From NCBI GenBank assembly GCA_963664405.1, contig OY761158.1, forward strand, positions 4,384,001 through 4,448,000: DNA of 64,000 bases, in the 5' to 3' direction. Below, in pieces: positions 59,862-64,000 of this stretch. The position numbers and the translations under genes are program-made. This DNA comes from Thermoanaerobaculia bacterium (GTDB taxonomy: Bacteria > Acidobacteriota > Thermoanaerobaculia > Multivoradales > Multivoraceae). The notes below the pieces were generated by a model that had not been told where the DNA came from, searched no databases, and saw only the letters and a program-made list of their open reading frames with translations. Positions within the stretch are counted from its first letter, which is position 1. Each line of letters starts with the position of its first letter.

Positions 59862-60248
59862 ATGACAATGCGCCACGACTTCGGTGAGCACTTCCTGATC
59901 GATCTCTTCGGGTGCGACGCCGAATCGATCAAGTACGTCGCGCCGGCGCGGGAAGTGCTGCTGCGCGCCGCGCGGGACTGTGGCGCGACCGTGATCGGCG
60001 ATCTGTTTCACCAATTCGAGCCCTACGGGGTCAGCGGTGTGGTGCTGATCGCCGAGTCTCACTTCAGTCTCCACACCTGGCCGGAGAACGAGTACGCCGC
60101 GTTGGACATCCTCACCTGCGGGGACATGGACGCGGAGGTCGCGATAGAGATCATGAAGCAGGGCTACGGGGCACGGACCTCACGCCTGCGCCGCTTGGTG
60201 CGGGGACAGCCGGATGACGAATGGCACGGAACCCGGTCGCGACCCTGA
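59862..60248 (+). CDS. speD: S-adenosylmethionine decarboxylase proenzyme
   Basis: HQF.P.GVSG..IAESH.S.HTWPE, D..TCG. Confidence 0.92.
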   Translation: MTMRHDFGEHFLIDLFGCDAESIKYVAPAREVLLRAARDCGATVIGDLFHQFEPYGVSGVVLIAESHFSLHTWPENEYAALDILTCGDMDAEVAIEIMKQGYGARTSRLRRLVRGQPDDEWHGTRSRP

Positions 60249-60268
60249 TCTTGGCAGGCCGGGTGGCC

Positions 60269-60760
60269 TCAGTCCCTACGAAGAAGTGGCAGTAGGCTGA
60301 AGTAGTCGTCGGTCCAGAGCGAGCTTTGGGGAAGCGGATCGCCATCCTCTTCCGCACTCTGTGAATCCGCGGGCTCCTCGACCACTCCCTGTCTTCTTCG
60401 GAGGATCATCCACGTGCTTCCCCAGTCCTGGCCGGCGCCGCTCCCATTGTGGAGTCGCAGCGGTTCGAGGCCGAAGTGGGCCGCCTGAGCGCGAATCACC
60501 GGCTCAAAGTCGAGGTGATAGCTCGAGATCAGAATGGCGATGACCCCGTCGCGGCGAAGATGACTGAGATAGACCTCGAAGGCTTCCTCGGTGAGCAGAT
60601 GCACCGGAATGGAGTCGCCGGAAAAGGCGTCGAGGAGCAGTAGGTCGAGCTCCTGCGGATCTTCTCTCTCGAGGGAGAGACGAGCGTCACCGAGGACGAC
60701 TTCGATCTGGGCGGGGGAATCCTCGAGGTAGGTGAACCAGGTCTCGGCGATGCGCTGGAC
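60269..60760 (-). pseudogene. 3' fragment of a fused membrane/spermidine-synthase-like methyltransferase
   Basis: FTYL...GDARLSL..DAFSGDSIPVHLLT.EA..WTDDY. Confidence 0.8.
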
Positions 60761-60761
60761 A

Positions 60762-61236
60762 TATCAGCGACAACATTCGCTACGGTCGCCCCGGCGTCAG
60801 TGAAGATGAAGTTCGAACGGCCGCGGCTCTCGCCAACGCCGCCGGTTTCGTTGAGGCCTTTCCCGAGGCCTACGAGACCATGGTCGGCGAGAGAGGAGTA
60901 CGCCTTTCGGGAGGTCAGAAGCAGCGCATCGCGATCGCCAGGGCGGTGCTGAAGAACCCCCGTATCCTCATCCTCGACGAAGCCACGTCGGCACTCGACG
61001 CGGAGAGCGAGTACCTGGTGCAGGAGGCGCTGGACAGGCTTATGAAGGGACGTACCACGATCGTCATAGCGCACCCTCTCTCGACCGTGCGCAACGCAGA
61101 CCAAGTTGTCGTGCTGGATGAAGGTGCCGTCGCGGAAGCCGGGACCCATGACCGCCTGATGGCCGCCGGTGGACTCTACCGTCGGCTTGTCGAGCGCCAA
61201 TTCACCGAGCCGCCGAAGGCCGTCGTCGTCGGCTGA
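60762..61236 (+). pseudogene. 3' fragment of an ABC exporter ATPase
   Basis: [28 protein letters not shown]; no Walker A or transmembrane domain. Confidence 0.85.
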
Positions 61237-61406
61237 TAGCTCCTTAGGCAGGTCTGGCTCGGCAGACTTTCACGCCTTCCCGGCGGGAGCCGTTCGGCCG
61301 GCAAGCCGAGTCCCCCGGGTATGACTCACCCAGCACTACGCGTTCGAGTGCTACAGTCTACTCGTGTCACTCAGAAACAGCTTGAGCGTCGAGAGGGGAG
61401 AGCGAC

Positions 61407-61955
61407 ATGGGTTTGACGGATCGGCTGTTCGGCAAGAAGAAGACGGAGAAAGAGCTGGATCCGCTTGCCGATCTGGTTCTCGAGAAGCTCAAGGTCGGCT
61501 ACCTCGTTGACTATGACTTCCACACCTGGCAGGTCACGGCCTACTGCAGCTACAAGTTCTTGGGCAACGACGAAGACGTCCAGGAATGGGAGCTAACTGC
61601 AGGTGGCTGGCAGCGTTATCTGGAGCTGGCCGACGGCGCCTGGTCGCTGTCGAGGAGAGTCTCGATCGGTGCCATCGACGGCGACATTCGCCAGCACATC
61701 CTCGATCATGAGGATCCGCCCGAGCGCGTCCTCTTCAAGGGCCAGGAGTACCACCTCGATGCCTCCTACTCCGGTCGCATGTTCCCTGACGGGAAGGGGG
61801 GCGGACAGGACGTGATACGCTGGGAGTTCCTCGACGAGGCCGAGCTCTCCTTTGTCGCCATCGAACAGTGGAGCGAGACCGAATTCTCTGCCGCCGCTGG
61901 CTCAGTAGTAGAGGACTATCAGTTCACTTCCATTCTACCGGGGGCGCCGGAGTGA
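61407..61955 (+). CDS. DUF4178-like protein
   Basis: LKVGYLVDYD..TW.V, IEQW..EF; gene context with DUF350 and speD. Confidence 0.7.
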   Translation: MGLTDRLFGKKKTEKELDPLADLVLEKLKVGYLVDYDFHTWQVTAYCSYKFLGNDEDVQEWELTAGGWQRYLELADGAWSLSRRVSIGAIDGDIRQHILDHEDPPERVLFKGQEYHLDASYSGRMFPDGKGGGQDVIRWEFLDEAELSFVAIEQWSETEFSAAAGSVVEDYQFTSILPGAPE

Positions 61956-62644
61956 AGCGGAGGCAGGCAGGGCGCAGACTGATCGCGGTGGTAGCCGTCG
62001 TTGTCGGTGCAGCGGCCTGTAGCAGCGAAGCTCCTCTCGAGCGCCTACAGCGTCAACTCGATCAGTACCCCGAGTATTCAGTCTTGCTTCAGGATATGCA
62101 GGAGAGAGGGTACCAGCACCAATACCGGGTGACGATTGGCGAGTCGCAAGCCGGATCAGACGAGCTCCTCTATCGCGACTCGGTTCGAGATTGGCAAAAG
62201 GTGGGTCGCAAAACCTACAACCGCTATCAGCCAAATCTCGGCATGGTGATCCTTTCCAAGGGCGCCGATGGGACCGTCGATCAGGGCCTGCACCCGCCCG
62301 GTTATCAACAAGTCGGTAATGAGCGCTACGGGAGATGGCGCGACGATAGGGGCGGGGGCTCGTTCTGGGAGTTCTACGGTAAGTACGCCCTGCTGAGCCA
62401 TGTGATCGGTGGCTTCGGGCGCCCCATCTACCGCAACGACTGGGATGCGTATCGGGGCGCTCGACAGCGCGGTCAAACCTATTACGGTGCTGGAGGCGCC
62501 TATGGCACCAACGGGTCCGTCACCAGACAGACGAACCCCAACTATTTCCGTCGACAACAGGCGCGACAGGCCTCCCGTAGCCGCTCGTTCAGTCAGCGGG
62601 TGAGCAGTCGCGGCTCGGCCGGCACACGGGGCGGCGCGAAGTAG
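61952..62644 (+). CDS. lipoprotein with Gly/Arg/Ser-rich tail
   Basis: AAAC lipobox; PPGY..VGN.RYG.W, SFWEFYG.YA. Confidence 0.7.
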   Translation: MKRRQAGRRLIAVVAVVVGAAACSSEAPLERLQRQLDQYPEYSVLLQDMQERGYQHQYRVTIGESQAGSDELLYRDSVRDWQKVGRKTYNRYQPNLGMVILSKGADGTVDQGLHPPGYQQVGNERYGRWRDDRGGGSFWEFYGKYALLSHVIGGFGRPIYRNDWDAYRGARQRGQTYYGAGGAYGTNGSVTRQTNPNYFRRQQARQASRSRSFSQRVSSRGSAGTRGGAK

Positions 62645-62658
62645 CGTCGAGGAGGAGC

Positions 62659-63504
62659 ATGATGTCGGTGGAACAGATCTTGGCGGGTTTCATCTACTTG
62701 GCGGTGGTCCTCGTCCTGCTGGTGATCGGCAAGTGGGTTTTCGCCGCCCTACACCGGCGCCTCAACCTGCGCACCGAGCTCGTCGAGAAAGACAACCTGG
62801 CCGTTGCCCTTGCCGTCGCTGGCTACTATCTCGCCCTTGTAATCGTCCTCGCCGCAGTGGTGTCAGGACCGGCCTCCTTCAGCGTGGTCGACGACGTCAT
62901 CGGTCTGGTGATTTTCGGGTTGCTTGCAATCGCGCTGCTCAATCTATCTGCCTGGGTCAACGACAAGGTCGTCTTCTCGAAGTTCGACAATGAGAAGGAG
63001 ATCGTCGATGACCGCAATGCGGGCATGGGCGCTGTTGAAGGGGGTAACTACATCGCGGTCGGCTTGATCACGGCCGGAGCGATGTCGGGCGAGGGCGGGC
63101 TGCTGCCGGGCCTGGTCTTTTGGAGCCTTGGTCTGGCCGTGCTGATCGTCGCCGCGGTTCTATACAACAAGGTCACCTCATACGATCTTCACGAACAGAT
63201 CGAGAAGGACAATGTCGCCGTCGGCGTCGCGTTTGCCGGGGTCCTTGTCGGCTTGGGCAACATCATCCGCAACGCCGCACAGGGAGATTTCGTCTCATGG
63301 CAGGAGAGCCTGACCGAGTTTGGGTACTACACCGTCGGCGGCCTGCTCCTGTTACCTCTCATTCGGATCTTTGCCGACAAGGTGCTGCTGCCTGGCCGTA
63401 GGTTGAGCGACGAACTGGTGCAGGAGAAGCCGAACGTAGGCGCCGGCGTCATCGAAGCGATCAGCTATGTCGGTGCTTCGATGCTACTCGGATCGACCTT
63501 CTAG
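62659..63504 (+). CDS. duplicated DUF350 membrane protein
   Basis: Repeated 'E/Q-L/I...N.AV' motifs and multiple transmembrane segments. Confidence 0.8.
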   Translation: MMSVEQILAGFIYLAVVLVLLVIGKWVFAALHRRLNLRTELVEKDNLAVALAVAGYYLALVIVLAAVVSGPASFSVVDDVIGLVIFGLLAIALLNLSAWVNDKVVFSKFDNEKEIVDDRNAGMGAVEGGNYIAVGLITAGAMSGEGGLLPGLVFWSLGLAVLIVAAVLYNKVTSYDLHEQIEKDNVAVGVAFAGVLVGLGNIIRNAAQGDFVSWQESLTEFGYYTVGGLLLLPLIRIFADKVLLPGRRLSDELVQEKPNVGAGVIEAISYVGASMLLGSTF

Positions 63505-63567
63505 CTCATCGACGAGGACAGACCCCGGCCTTAAGGCCGGAGCAAGAGGCCTCGGCAGCAACGAACG

Positions 63568-64000
63568 ATGAGCATCTTCAGAACCAAGGTGGTGCAGCCT
63601 CTGGCGGATGTCATGGGGTTCATGCAGCGAGAGCACCTCTTCCGACTGATGGGCGTGATCGTGGTGCTGGTCTTTGGCGGAGCCTTTGGCCTGGTCTTCT
63701 TCGAGAACGGCCGAAACTTCCCCGACGCGTTGTGGTGGGCTATCGTCACCGTCACCACGGTGGGCTTCGGCGACGTATTCCCCGTTTCCCTCGGCGGCCG
63801 ATTGATCGGTGGTGTGCTCATGTTTTTTGGCATCGGCGTGCTCGGCATGTTCACGGCCACAATAGCCGGCGTCTTTGTCGAGAAGCGAATGCGGAAGGAG
63901 CGAGGCATGGGCTCATACGAACTCGAGAACCACATCATCCTGTGCGAATGGAACGAGCGCACAAAGGAGATCCTCAAAGACCTGCGGGCCGACCCGCGCG
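63568..64000 (+). CDS. potassium channel protein (3' partial)
   Basis: DALWWAIVTVTTVGFGD pore motif followed by the RCK domain start NHIILC.WN. Confidence 0.88.
   Translation, partial: MSIFRTKVVQPLADVMGFMQREHLFRLMGVIVVLVFGGAFGLVFFENGRNFPDALWWAIVTVTTVGFGDVFPVSLGGRLIGGVLMFFGIGVLGMFTATIAGVFVEKRMRKERGMGSYELENHIILCEWNERTKEILKDLRADPR

Noticed and set aside
63525-63540. Palindrome CCGGCCTTAAGGCCGG
   Set aside because: Single short intergenic hairpin with no further support.

Overview
GC-rich bacterial DNA, probably Acidobacteriota (Thermoanaerobaculia-like). This is inferred from an ADOP-type permease, a 'LGPYEIV..GGMGEVY' kinase start and a 'CLNNGRF..GYFWFF..KVLDGC' domain. Positions 1-1650 hold the 3' part of an ISAzo13-type IS. 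Positions 1.7-15.1 kb are core genes (moaC, serA, rlpA, purB, coaE, ubiE/menG, rplM-rpsI-rpsB-tsf-pyrH-frr-rlmB, tRNA-Thr), with a MITE between ubiE and coaE. From tRNA-Thr to about 59 kb lies a mosaic accessory island. It contains a ~1450-aa NTPase/PD-(D/E)xK candidate defence gene split by a four-gene DDE/ExeA transposon, and a long array of small modifying-enzyme genes (methyltransferases, GNATs, HADs, APH, kinase, GFA, NUDIX). That array is punctuated by a co-oriented 27-bp 10-7-10 palindromic site and a 120-bp promoter-bearing repeat. The island also carries IS21, IS256 and IS6 elements and a decayed integrative element beside a tRNA-Ser fragment. The window ends in a speD/DUF4178/DUF350/K+ channel cluster. 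No integrase gene is visible. All calls come from reading the sequence and the ORF track; no database searches were run.
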